Shown in pieces: positions 56,393 to 64,000 of a stretch of DNA of 64,000 nt. Every line of letters starts with the position of its first letter. The first letter of the stretch is position 1. This stretch comes from Cyanobacteriota bacterium (GTDB lineage: Bacteria; Cyanobacteriota; Cyanobacteriia; PCC-6307; Cyanobiaceae): NCBI GenBank assembly GCA_046052125.1, contig JBJOMY010000007.1, positions 11,114-75,113 on the forward strand, written 5' to 3'. The notes under the pieces were generated by a model. The model worked only from the letters and a program-made list of their open reading frames with translations, was not told where the DNA came from and did not search any database. Both the position numbers and the translations under genes were made by a program.

Positions 56393-57396
56393 ACGGTGAG
56401 CGCCTCTGGCAGCGCCGCTTCGAGTTGCAGAACACCCCCAACTGGCGGCTGGAGTTCCAGGCGATGGGCATGCAGCCGATAGCCCCCTGCTCCCGGGAGT
56501 GACCCCGAATCAGCGAGGCCTCCGGCGCGATAGAGCGGATCACCGAGCAACGGTGCACCGATGGCGGCCGTGTGGATGCGGATCTGATGGGGGCGGCCTG
56601 TGGCAATCGCCACCTCCACCAAACAAGCCTCCGCGCGGCGTTCCAGCAGGGTGATGGTGCTGAGGGAGGGCAGGGCGGCAGGGTCGCCGGGTTCTGCTGC
56701 GCACCAGATCTGACCGAGTAAGGGGTGCGCCCGTCTGCCGATCGCAGCCGTGATCGCTCGTGTCTCCCCCAGCCGCCACTCGGATGGGAGCGGCTGGCAA
56801 AGCGCGCGGTAAAGCTTGCGACAGGCGCGATGGGGAGCAGCATCAGCCGCTCCACTGGTGCTCTCCCGCAACTGAGCGCTGAGCCAGGCGCGGGTTTGGC
56901 TGCGGCGGGCGCACACCAGCAAACCGGAGGTGAAGCGTCCGAGCCGATGCACCGGCCGGGGCCGACCAGCCATGGCGCAGATCCGCCCAGCCGTCACCCA
57001 GCCCTGCAGCTGGGCCAAGAGCGTGTGGCTGAGAAACCCTCCGGCCGGCAGCACTGGAAGGCCGCTGGGCTTGTTGAGCACCAGCAGATCGCCATCGTCA
57101 AACACGATCGAGCGCTCGCTGAGCACCGGCACGGCCGCCTCCTGCCAGGGGGGCCGATGCCACAGCAAACGATCACCGGCTGCGAGCGCTGCATCGGCCC
57201 GGAGCTGCTGGCCGTTGCACCAGATCTCGCCGGCGGCGAGCCGCTCGATCCAAGTGGACTGATCGGAATGGGCGTAACGCCCGGCATAAAAACCAGCGAT
57301 GCTGGCGGCCGGTTCGCTCACGCGATCGCGATAGGCATGGCCGGCATTCAGCGCAGCCGGCAGCCAGGACTCGCCAGCAACCTGCTCGCTACTCAA
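56380..57396 (-). CDS. RluA-family pseudouridine synthase (start uncertain)
   Basis: LNKPSGL, VHRLGRFTSG, TGRPHQIR, GDPLY, LHAHRL. Confidence 0.88.
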   Translation of the reverse strand: MSSEQVAGESWLPAALNAGHAYRDRVSEPAASIAGFYAGRYAHSDQSTWIERLAAGEIWCNGQQLRADAALAAGDRLLWHRPPWQEAAVPVLSERSIVFDDGDLLVLNKPSGLPVLPAGGFLSHTLLAQLQGWVTAGRICAMAGRPRPVHRLGRFTSGLLVCARRSQTRAWLSAQLRESTSGAADAAPHRACRKLYRALCQPLPSEWRLGETRAITAAIGRRAHPLLGQIWCAAEPGDPAALPSLSTITLLERRAEACLVEVAIATGRPHQIRIHTAAIGAPLLGDPLYRAGGLADSGSLPGAGGYRLHAHRLELQPPVGGVLQLEAALPEALTVQGQ

Positions 57397-58123
57397 CCAG
57401 CCCGTTCTCGAGGGCGTAGCGCACCAATTCGGTGCGGCTGGCGGTGCCGGTTTTGGTGAACAGGCGGCTCACGTATTTCTCCACGTTGCGAATGGAGGTT
57501 TCCAGGCGGCGGGCAATCTCCTTGTTCATCATTCCCTCCGCCACCAGCTGGAGCACCGAAGCCTCACGCGGGGTGAACTCATGTTTGACGCCTCCGGGAG
57601 CCTTCTTGCTACCGCCGGTGGCCAGCAGGGAGCGGATCTCGGTGATCTGCTTGGCCATCTGGCCGATATCGGCATCGGCGAAACGGGCGGCCTCCTGCAG
57701 CAAGCGCTCCTGGCGGCGCACCACGTTGTGCACCCGGGCCACCAGCTCATCGGGATCGAAGGGCTTGGGGATGTAGTCGTCGCAGCCGGCCTGGAAGCCC
57801 TCGATGCGATCGGCCGTCATCCCCTTGGCGGTGAGGAAAATCACCGGGGTGCCGCCGAGGCGCTCGTCGTCGCGCAGTTTGCGCAGCAGCCCATAGCCAT
57901 CGAGGCGGGGCATCATCACGTCGCTGATCACCACATCGGGCAGCAGCTCCTGGGCCTTGGTCCAGCCGTCTTCACCGTCGACGGCGGTGGTCACCTGGAA
58001 GCCCTCGTCTTCCAGGTAGGCCTGCACGGCGGTGCGCAGGCCGGGTTCGTCATCCACCAACAGCAGCCGCGCCGGGGGCTGGGGCACCGCTTCCGGGGCC
58101 TGGGTTTCAGGTTCGAGGTTCAT
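57389..58123 (-). CDS. ycf29: NarL-family response regulator (Ycf29/Rre1-like)
   Basis: LLLVDDEPGLR, SDVMMP, TPREASVL, RNVEKYVSRL. Confidence 0.8.
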   Translation of the reverse strand: MNLEPETQAPEAVPQPPARLLLVDDEPGLRTAVQAYLEDEGFQVTTAVDGEDGWTKAQELLPDVVISDVMMPRLDGYGLLRKLRDDERLGGTPVIFLTAKGMTADRIEGFQAGCDDYIPKPFDPDELVARVHNVVRRQERLLQEAARFADADIGQMAKQITEIRSLLATGGSKKAPGGVKHEFTPREASVLQLVAEGMMNKEIARRLETSIRNVEKYVSRLFTKTGTASRTELVRYALENGLVE

Positions 58124-58132
58124 GGGCGCAAT

Positions 58133-58657
58133 CTATCGAGGGTTGCCAGGAAGCACCTGCTGCTGCTCCCGCAGCAAGCCCGAGTAGCCAAGCTTCCGGG
58201 CCAGGGCCTGGAGAGTGGCGGGGTCCTTGCCGGCCTGCTCCGGGACACAGGCGGCCCACCAGATCTGGTGATCCAGGCGGTTGGCGTCGTTGATCGACCC
58301 ACCAGGGTTGAGCTCTTTGATGAGGAGGCTGCTGCCCTTGCGCGTCAGCCGCATCGGCGCATCCGGGCTGCAACGCAGGGTGTCGATCGCCAGCTGCACC
58401 CCCGTCGGGGATTCCACCCACACCACGATCGTGCGGGCCGTTGGATCGCGCGGATCGGGCTTCACACCATGCACGCCGATGGCGAAGCCGCCTTCCATGG
58501 TGCTCCACTCGCGCAGCAGCACCAGATCAGCGGGCCGCTGCTCGTTGGACGCCCGATGCGGGTTGCTGGGGTCGGGGGCACCGAGGGAGGTTTGAGCAGC
58601 GGCGGGGAGCGTAAGCATGGCCACAGCCAGCAGCAGCTTCAGTGATCGAGCAGCCAT
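58133..58657 (-). CDS. Hypothetical exported protein
   Basis: Signal peptide (LLLAVAMLTLPAAAQ); WWAAC motif with two Cys. Confidence 0.65.
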   Translation of the reverse strand: MAARSLKLLLAVAMLTLPAAAQTSLGAPDPSNPHRASNEQRPADLVLLREWSTMEGGFAIGVHGVKPDPRDPTARTIVVWVESPTGVQLAIDTLRCSPDAPMRLTRKGSSLLIKELNPGGSINDANRLDHQIWWAACVPEQAGKDPATLQALARKLGYSGLLREQQQVLPGNPR

Positions 58658-58697
58658 AACGCTCAGCGGTGGCAGGGAGCTTGCCAGCATGGTGTCC

Positions 58698-59843
58698 ATG
58701 CCGTCCCCTGTCATCTACCTCGACCATCAAGCCACCAGTCCCTGCAGAGCGGAGGTTCTGGCGGCGATGGAACCGTGGTGGCGGGAGTCTGGGGCCAATC
58801 CCAGCAGCCGGCTCCACCGACCGGGGCTTCAGGCTGCCGCCGCGATCGAGCTAGCCCGCGAACAGATCGCCCAGGCCCTGGGGGGCTCCGGAGGCCGGTT
58901 GGTGTTCACCAGCGGTGCTACGGAAGCCAACAATCTCGCTCTCAAAGGCCTGGCGGAGGCTGAACTGGAATCAGGCGGTGGGCGACGCCATCTGATCACC
59001 GTCTGCACCGAGCATCGATCCGTGCTCGATCCCCTGCGCCACCTCAGCCGCCATGGCTTCGAGCTGACGGAACTTCCGGTGCACGCCGATGGGCTGGTGG
59101 ATCTGGAGGAGCTGGAGGCCGCTCTGCGAGCCGACACGCTGCTGGTGAGCGTGATGGCTGCCAACAACGAGATCGGGGTCATCCAGCCGATCGCGGCCAT
59201 GGCCAACCTCTGCAGGCGCCGTGCTGTGGCGCTGCACTGCGATGCCGCCCAGGCTCTGGGCCACATCCCTCTGGATGCGGCTGAGCTCGGCGTGCAGCTG
59301 CTCAGCCTCAGCGCCCACAAGCTCGGGGGCCCGATGGGCATCGGCGGTATTTGGATCGCGGATGGCATCCGCATCGCACCGCAACTGCATGGCGGCAGCC
59401 ATGAGGGGGGATCGCGGGCCGGCACCCCAGCACTCCCTCTGATTGTTGGCTTCCAGAAAGCCCTGGAGCTAGCCCTTCAGGAGCAACCCGAGCGGTTACA
59501 CCAGCTCACAGTCCTGCGTGATGCGTTGTGGCATGGCATCCGCGACCTGGGCGGCATCGTTTGCAATGGGGCCGGCACACCACGGCTGGCCCACAACCTC
59601 AACATCTGGGTGGACGGCGTGGATGGCGTCGAACTGCACAGGCAACTGCGCCGGCATCTCGCCGTGAGCAGTGGATCCGCGTGCAGCAACGGTGAACCCT
59701 CCCACGTGCTGCAGGCGCTGGGGCTGAGCCGTCAGCAGGCGGCTGCCGCTGTTCGCTTCAGCCTCGGCCCCGAGAGCACGGCTGCGGATGTTGAGCGCGC
59801 CATCGACGTGTTCTGCACAACCGTGCAGGCCCTACGGCGTTAA
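58698..59843 (+). CDS. Cysteine desulfurase (NifS/IscS family)
   Basis: IYLDHQATSP, TSGATEANN, HCDAAQ, SAHKLGGP, SSGSAC. Confidence 0.93.
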   Translation: MPSPVIYLDHQATSPCRAEVLAAMEPWWRESGANPSSRLHRPGLQAAAAIELAREQIAQALGGSGGRLVFTSGATEANNLALKGLAEAELESGGGRRHLITVCTEHRSVLDPLRHLSRHGFELTELPVHADGLVDLEELEAALRADTLLVSVMAANNEIGVIQPIAAMANLCRRRAVALHCDAAQALGHIPLDAAELGVQLLSLSAHKLGGPMGIGGIWIADGIRIAPQLHGGSHEGGSRAGTPALPLIVGFQKALELALQEQPERLHQLTVLRDALWHGIRDLGGIVCNGAGTPRLAHNLNIWVDGVDGVELHRQLRRHLAVSSGSACSNGEPSHVLQALGLSRQQAAAAVRFSLGPESTAADVERAIDVFCTTVQALRR

Positions 59844-60661
59844 GCCGTTTTGCGCGCTGACGCACGGGGCTTGCGCTCCCGGGGCTTGGACGATTTAGAG
59901 GCCTTGGTGGATGGCGTCTCCGTTGCCTGAACGAGACTGACGGGAGGCACGGGCGACTGCACCTGAGCGATCCGCGACAGCACCCGCTGCTGGGCTGTTT
60001 CAGAGAACAGGAATGTCCCGACGTGACCAAGAGCAAAGCGCTTGGAAAGGAACACTTTGCCGCCGAGATCACGCCAACGATTGCAGAACATCCAGTCTTC
60101 ACTCATGTAAACGTCATGCCCTGGCACCAGGCCGCAATCGAAGTAGGCGTAGAGGAAGGGATTCAATGAAGGATCCAGGCCGCAGTCATCGGTGTATTTA
60201 AGATGGGGATTGGCCTCCGCCAGCCGCACAAACACCTCCCTCCGAATCAGCAGAAACCCTGTACCCAATCGCAACACCTCCACCTTGCCATCATCTTGGA
60301 AACCACCAGGGCAGGGATTGATGACGTAATCAACAGGCAGGCTTTTCTTGGGGTAACCACCACCAATAACATCCACATTCTCCTGCAACAGAGTCAGCAC
60401 ATCAGACGGCTCAAAGAGAATGTCCGAGTCGATGAACATCAGATGCGTGGCCAGCGGGTTCGCCATCGCCCGGGCCACCAGAGCATTGCGACCGCGGGGA
60501 ATCAGGCTCTCATTCACCAAGGTGTCAAGAGTCCAGTCGACCCCCCAGTCGCGGGCTTGAACCGTGAACCGAACAAAACTGGTGAACGTGGCTTCAGAAA
60601 TCTGCCCCCCGTAACAAGGAATCAGAAAATGAACGTGGGGAACAGCAGCGCCATAAACCAT
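59840..60661 (-). CDS. GT-A-fold glycosyltransferase-like protein
   Basis: LIPCYGG, ESLIPRGRN, HLMFIDSDI (DXD), YPKK, GTGFLLIRR, SEDWMFC, GHVG. Confidence 0.75.
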   Translation of the reverse strand: MVYGAAVPHVHFLIPCYGGQISEATFTSFVRFTVQARDWGVDWTLDTLVNESLIPRGRNALVARAMANPLATHLMFIDSDILFEPSDVLTLLQENVDVIGGGYPKKSLPVDYVINPCPGGFQDDGKVEVLRLGTGFLLIRREVFVRLAEANPHLKYTDDCGLDPSLNPFLYAYFDCGLVPGHDVYMSEDWMFCNRWRDLGGKVFLSKRFALGHVGTFLFSETAQQRVLSRIAQVQSPVPPVSLVQATETPSTKASKSSKPRERKPRASARKTA

Positions 60662-60765
60662 TTTGAGTTACAGATGCGCTCAGTGCGGTCCCGGGAATCT
60701 AGGCGAAAAACCCCAAAAAACTGATAGGGTCGCCGACCGAAACAGCCCTTCACGCAGCAGTCAGC

Positions 60766-61554
60766 ATGACCTTTGCGCGCCGCTTTCGTCGCCGCCTGTC
60801 GGCTCCTCTGCTGCTCCTGATCACGTCGGCCTCGTCAGTGCCGTTGGCCATGCCGGCTCACGCTCTCGACGATGCAGCCCTGGCACGGAAACTCGCCTCG
60901 ATTCCCGTGCTCCTGCCCACGGACACGGCAGGCAAACCGGTGCTGATCGATCGTCCCGTGGGGGGCAAGAGCACGCCGGTTCTGTTCGGCGCTTTCTCAC
61001 CCGAAGCCGCTGAGGCGCTCCAACAACAGATCATTCAGCCGCAGCTCAAGGCGAAGGCCGCCAGCATCCAATTCAGGGCCACCAACCTGGTGGATTTCGA
61101 AGCCGTGCTGCTGGATTCACGTAAACAGCAACCTGCTGTTGTGCGCGCTTACATCCCCGATCCCCTGCAGGAGTCAGCTGTGGTGCCGATGCTGATCGAA
61201 CAGGGGGCCAAACCCGAGGAGGCGCGCCAACTTGCACGCAGCCAACCGGTGATCTTCTGCCCGGACCCGTTGGTTCAGGTCAACGTCAAACGCGACAAAC
61301 TCAACACCACCACAGTGCCCTGCGGCCTGGATTTCCGCGAGATGGCGCTGTTTGTGCTCGGACCTCGCCTCAAAGATCGCCGCCCCGGCCTGGTGGGCTT
61401 ACCGCTGGAGCGGATGGTGACGCTGATGCGCACGCTAAAGGGAAGCGAAGGCGACCATCTCACCATCACCCCATCGCCATCGATGCAGGCGCTGCTGAAC
61501 CGGCTGGCCAGCAGCAACACCACTCCCGCATCGCCAGCAACCAAGAAGCCCTAG
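60766..61554 (+). CDS. Divergent Tic22-family periplasmic chaperone
   Basis: Signal peptide, then PAHALDDAALARKLASIPVLLPTD, GAFSPEAAEAL, YIPDPLQ and ITPSPS, colinear with remembered cyanobacterial Tic22 motifs. Confidence 0.7.
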   Translation: MTFARRFRRRLSAPLLLLITSASSVPLAMPAHALDDAALARKLASIPVLLPTDTAGKPVLIDRPVGGKSTPVLFGAFSPEAAEALQQQIIQPQLKAKAASIQFRATNLVDFEAVLLDSRKQQPAVVRAYIPDPLQESAVVPMLIEQGAKPEEARQLARSQPVIFCPDPLVQVNVKRDKLNTTTVPCGLDFREMALFVLGPRLKDRRPGLVGLPLERMVTLMRTLKGSEGDHLTITPSPSMQALLNRLASSNTTPASPATKKP

Positions 61555-61558
61555 GGCA

Positions 61559-61885
61559 TCAGGCAGCGATTGGCTCCTCAACCTGGGTCAGGGGCTCAAC
61601 GCCCTGGACGTCAAGCTCCTGCTTGATCAGCGTCACATAAGTTTGTTGAGCCGCTTGAAGGTTGCGCAAACGAAACTGCAGCTCGTTCTGCTCCTGACTG
61701 CAGCGCAGGAGGTCGTTGATCATCGCCGTCACGGTTTCGGGAAGGCTGTCGATGGCGTAGGTCACACCGTCGATGTTGAACAACGGACGCTCTGCCGCAC
61801 TGTCCAGCACCTCAAGAGTTCTCGGATCGGGGCTCTCACCGGTCACATCGGTCTCGAGCTCGGCCTCGAAATGGTCGTCGGACAT
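61559..61885 (-). CDS. DUF6447-like small acidic coiled-coil protein
   Basis: FNIDGVTYAIDSLPE...LQFRLRNLQAAQQTYVTLIKQEL. Confidence 0.6.
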   Translation of the reverse strand: MSDDHFEAELETDVTGESPDPRTLEVLDSAAERPLFNIDGVTYAIDSLPETVTAMINDLLRCSQEQNELQFRLRNLQAAQQTYVTLIKQELDVQGVEPLTQVEEPIAA

Positions 61886-62041
61886 ACCAGGGACCTCCCC
61901 AACAGTGCGGTGAACTTAAGCCCATTTCCCAGCGGCGCCGCACAAGCCGCAGCGGGGGGGGCATCAGAAAGGCGAACAAATTCCGAAGAGCCCTTTCTTT
62001 TTCATACGGCAATGCAAAAATGGCGCACCTTTCCGTCGTAA

Positions 62042-64000
62042 GTGCGCCAAAACCGCGCTGCTCTGGGTCTCCTGCCTGCCTTCCTGCTCCTGAGCGGGAC
62101 GGCAACCTCCGTGCTGGCACAGACCCAGAACATCGGCACCAGCAGCGGCACTTACACCTCTCCGAGCTCTCAGCCCTTCGTCTACGGCCAGGGCAACAAC
62201 GGCAGCACACCCAGCTACAACCCCTGGGGTAATGGCCGCACCGGTGGCACCGGCGGCAGCGGCCCGACGATCACCTACAGCCTGATCAACGGCTCCTCCA
62301 TCGGGACAACAGCCGGAGCCAGCTCCGCCGGCGGACGCGGCGGCAACGGCGGCACCAGTGCCGGTGATGGTGGTGATGGCGGATCCGGTGGGTCCCCGGG
62401 GAACGTCACGGTCACCATTACCTCCGGCACGAACATCAGCGCCAGCTCGCTGGTGAATGGCGGCTATACGAGCGTTCTTGGAGCCATTGCCAGCGTCAGC
62501 GCTGGTAATGGCGGCGATGGCGCCAATGCCGGACTGGTGAGTGGTGGTTCCGGCGGTGTCGGAGGTAGCTCCGCCGGCCAGACGGCCCAGCTGAACACCC
62601 AGGGCGGCAGCTCCATCAGCGCCACCAGCACCTCGGGCTCCTACGGCGCCATCGGCCTGCTGTCGCAAGCCACCGGGGGGATCGGTGGCGATGGCGGCAG
62701 CGGCACCTTTGGTGGCGGTGGCAGCGGTGGCAGCGGCGGTTTCTCCGGCACCGCCTCGGTCAACAATGCCGGCAACATCACCGTTACCTCCAGTGGCGGC
62801 GCTGGTGGCGCCGGCATCCTGGTTCAGTCGGTGGGCGGCCAGGGCGGCTCCTCTGGCAGCGGCGGCATCATCTCCTTCGGCAACCTCGGGGGCACCGGCG
62901 GTAATGCCGGCACGGTGAACGTGGTGAACTCCGGAAACATCACCGTGAGCGGTAACGGGGTGTTTGGCATCAACGCCCAAAGCGTGGGCGGCGGCGGCGG
63001 TGCTGTGGCTCCCAGCATTTCCCTAGCCAACCTTGGTTCCTCCGAGGGCGGCGGCGGCGGTGCCGGCGGCAGTGCCACCGTAACCATGAGCGGCGGCAGC
63101 ATCCGCACCAATGGCTCCAATGCCATAGGCATCATTGTTCAGTCGATTGGCGGCGGCGGCGGCGCCATCGGCAGCAGTGCCGCTGCGATCAATCTGGGCG
63201 GCTCATCCTCGGGTGGCTTCGGCGGCAATGCCGGTAGCGCCACGCTGAACTTCAGCGGCGGAAGCGTCACCACTGGTAGCGCCACCGTTGGCACGCTCTC
63301 CAGCGGCATCCTGGTGCAGAGCATCGGCGGCGGCGGCGGCAGTGCCGGCACGAGCTATGGCCTGATCTCTTTTGGCGCATCCGGTGGCAACGGAGGCAAC
63401 GGAGGTACTGCCACTGCTTATCTCAGCAGCGGCAGTGTCACCACCTACCAGGATTTCGCCCCCGGTATCACCGTGCAGAGCATCGGTGGCGGTGGTGGCA
63501 ATGGCGGCAATGCTTCATCAGCCGGCGTGGGCGTATCGGTGGCCGTGGGCGGCACCGGTGCCGCTGGCGGCGTCGGCGGCACGGCTCAGGTCTTTGCTCC
63601 ATCGCTGAACAGTGTTCCGATCACCATCAACACCTCCGGCAACAGTTCGCCAGGCCTGTTGGTGCAAAGCATTGGTGGCGGTGGCGGCAATGGCGGCAGC
63701 TCCACCAGCGCCTCCGTTGGCATTGCCAGTGCCTCAATCGCCGTGGGCGGCAGCGGCGGCAGCGGTGCAACCGCCGGCAAAGTCACAGTTGGAACGTCGA
63801 GCGTCCCTCTCTATATCAATGTCACCACCCAAGGAGCTAGCTCGCCCGGCATCAGCCTGATGTCGGTTGGCGGGGGCGGCGGCAGCGGCGGTGCCAGCGG
63901 GTCGCTGGCCGGCGGCGCCGCGGGCAGCTTCAGCCTCGGCATCGGTGGCACCGGCGGTACCGGCGCCAACTCTGGCGTCGTCTACGCCAACATCGCCGGC
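62042..64000 (+). CDS. Large secreted Gly/Ser-rich repeat protein, probable autotransporter passenger (runs off the right edge)
   Basis: GTG start, signal peptide MRQNRAALGLLPAFLLLSGTATSVLAQ, open for 653 codons. Six QS[IV]GG repeats (five reading QS[IV]GGGGG) plus MSVGGGGG recur every ~52-65 aa. Confidence 0.85.
   Translation, partial: MRQNRAALGLLPAFLLLSGTATSVLAQTQNIGTSSGTYTSPSSQPFVYGQGNNGSTPSYNPWGNGRTGGTGGSGPTITYSLINGSSIGTTAGASSAGGRGGNGGTSAGDGGDGGSGGSPGNVTVTITSGTNISASSLVNGGYTSVLGAIASVSAGNGGDGANAGLVSGGSGGVGGSSAGQTAQLNTQGGSSISATSTSGSYGAIGLLSQATGGIGGDGGSGTFGGGGSGGSGGFSGTASVNNAGNITVTSSGGAGGAGILVQSVGGQGGSSGSGGIISFGNLGGTGGNAGTVNVVNSGNITVSGNGVFGINAQSVGGGGGAVAPSISLANLGSSEGGGGGAGGSATVTMSGGSIRTNGSNAIGIIVQSIGGGGGAIGSSAAAINLGGSSSGGFGGNAGSATLNFSGGSVTTGSATVGTLSSGILVQSIGGGGGSAGTSYGLISFGASGGNGGNGGTATAYLSSGSVTTYQDFAPGITVQSIGGGGGNGGNASSAGVGVSVAVGGTGAAGGVGGTAQVFAPSLNSVPITINTSGNSSPGLLVQSIGGGGGNGGSSTSASVGIASASIAVGGSGGSGATAGKVTVGTSSVPLYINVTTQGASSPGISLMSVGGGGGSGGASGSLAGGAAGSFSLGIGGTGGTGANSGVVYANIAG

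Noticed and set aside
61886-62041. Possible c-di-GMP riboswitch upstream of the repeat protein (GAAA and GCxxAA-like words)
   Set aside because: The GEMM two-hairpin consensus could not be built by eye; a negative Rfam scan would settle it.

Overview
64-kb window from a GC-rich picocyanobacterium (Cyanobium/Synechococcus-like; inferred from gene content and order). About 6-59.8 kb is conserved housekeeping: stand-alone psbD, tRNA-Asn, rpaA/rpaB, holB, tmk, Cu-type ATPase, ycf3, radA, plsX-fabH-fabD-plsC, crtB/pds, ndhM, rbcR, ndhF1/ndhD1, scpA, cugP, metF, ndhAIGE, gltA, hrcA, trpB, cysC, purE, nagA, chlM and a cysteine desulfurase. Both ends are accessory, and each carries a large Gly-rich surface-protein ORF that the supplied ORF track misses because it runs off the window. 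Left end: a >1350-aa autotransporter (minus strand, ~50% GC) beside a complete IS3-family element that has no target duplication and truncates a membrane-protein gene. Right end: a GT-A-fold glycosyltransferase-like gene, a divergent Tic22-family chaperone, a DUF6447-like small protein and the first 653 codons of a secreted QS[IV]GGGGG-repeat protein. This cluster is the best candidate for an undescribed surface-protein export/modification system. The ndhF1-ndhD1 intergenic region (32312-32641) is almost entirely tiled by four long hairpins. Family assignments come from motif recognition by eye; no searches were run.
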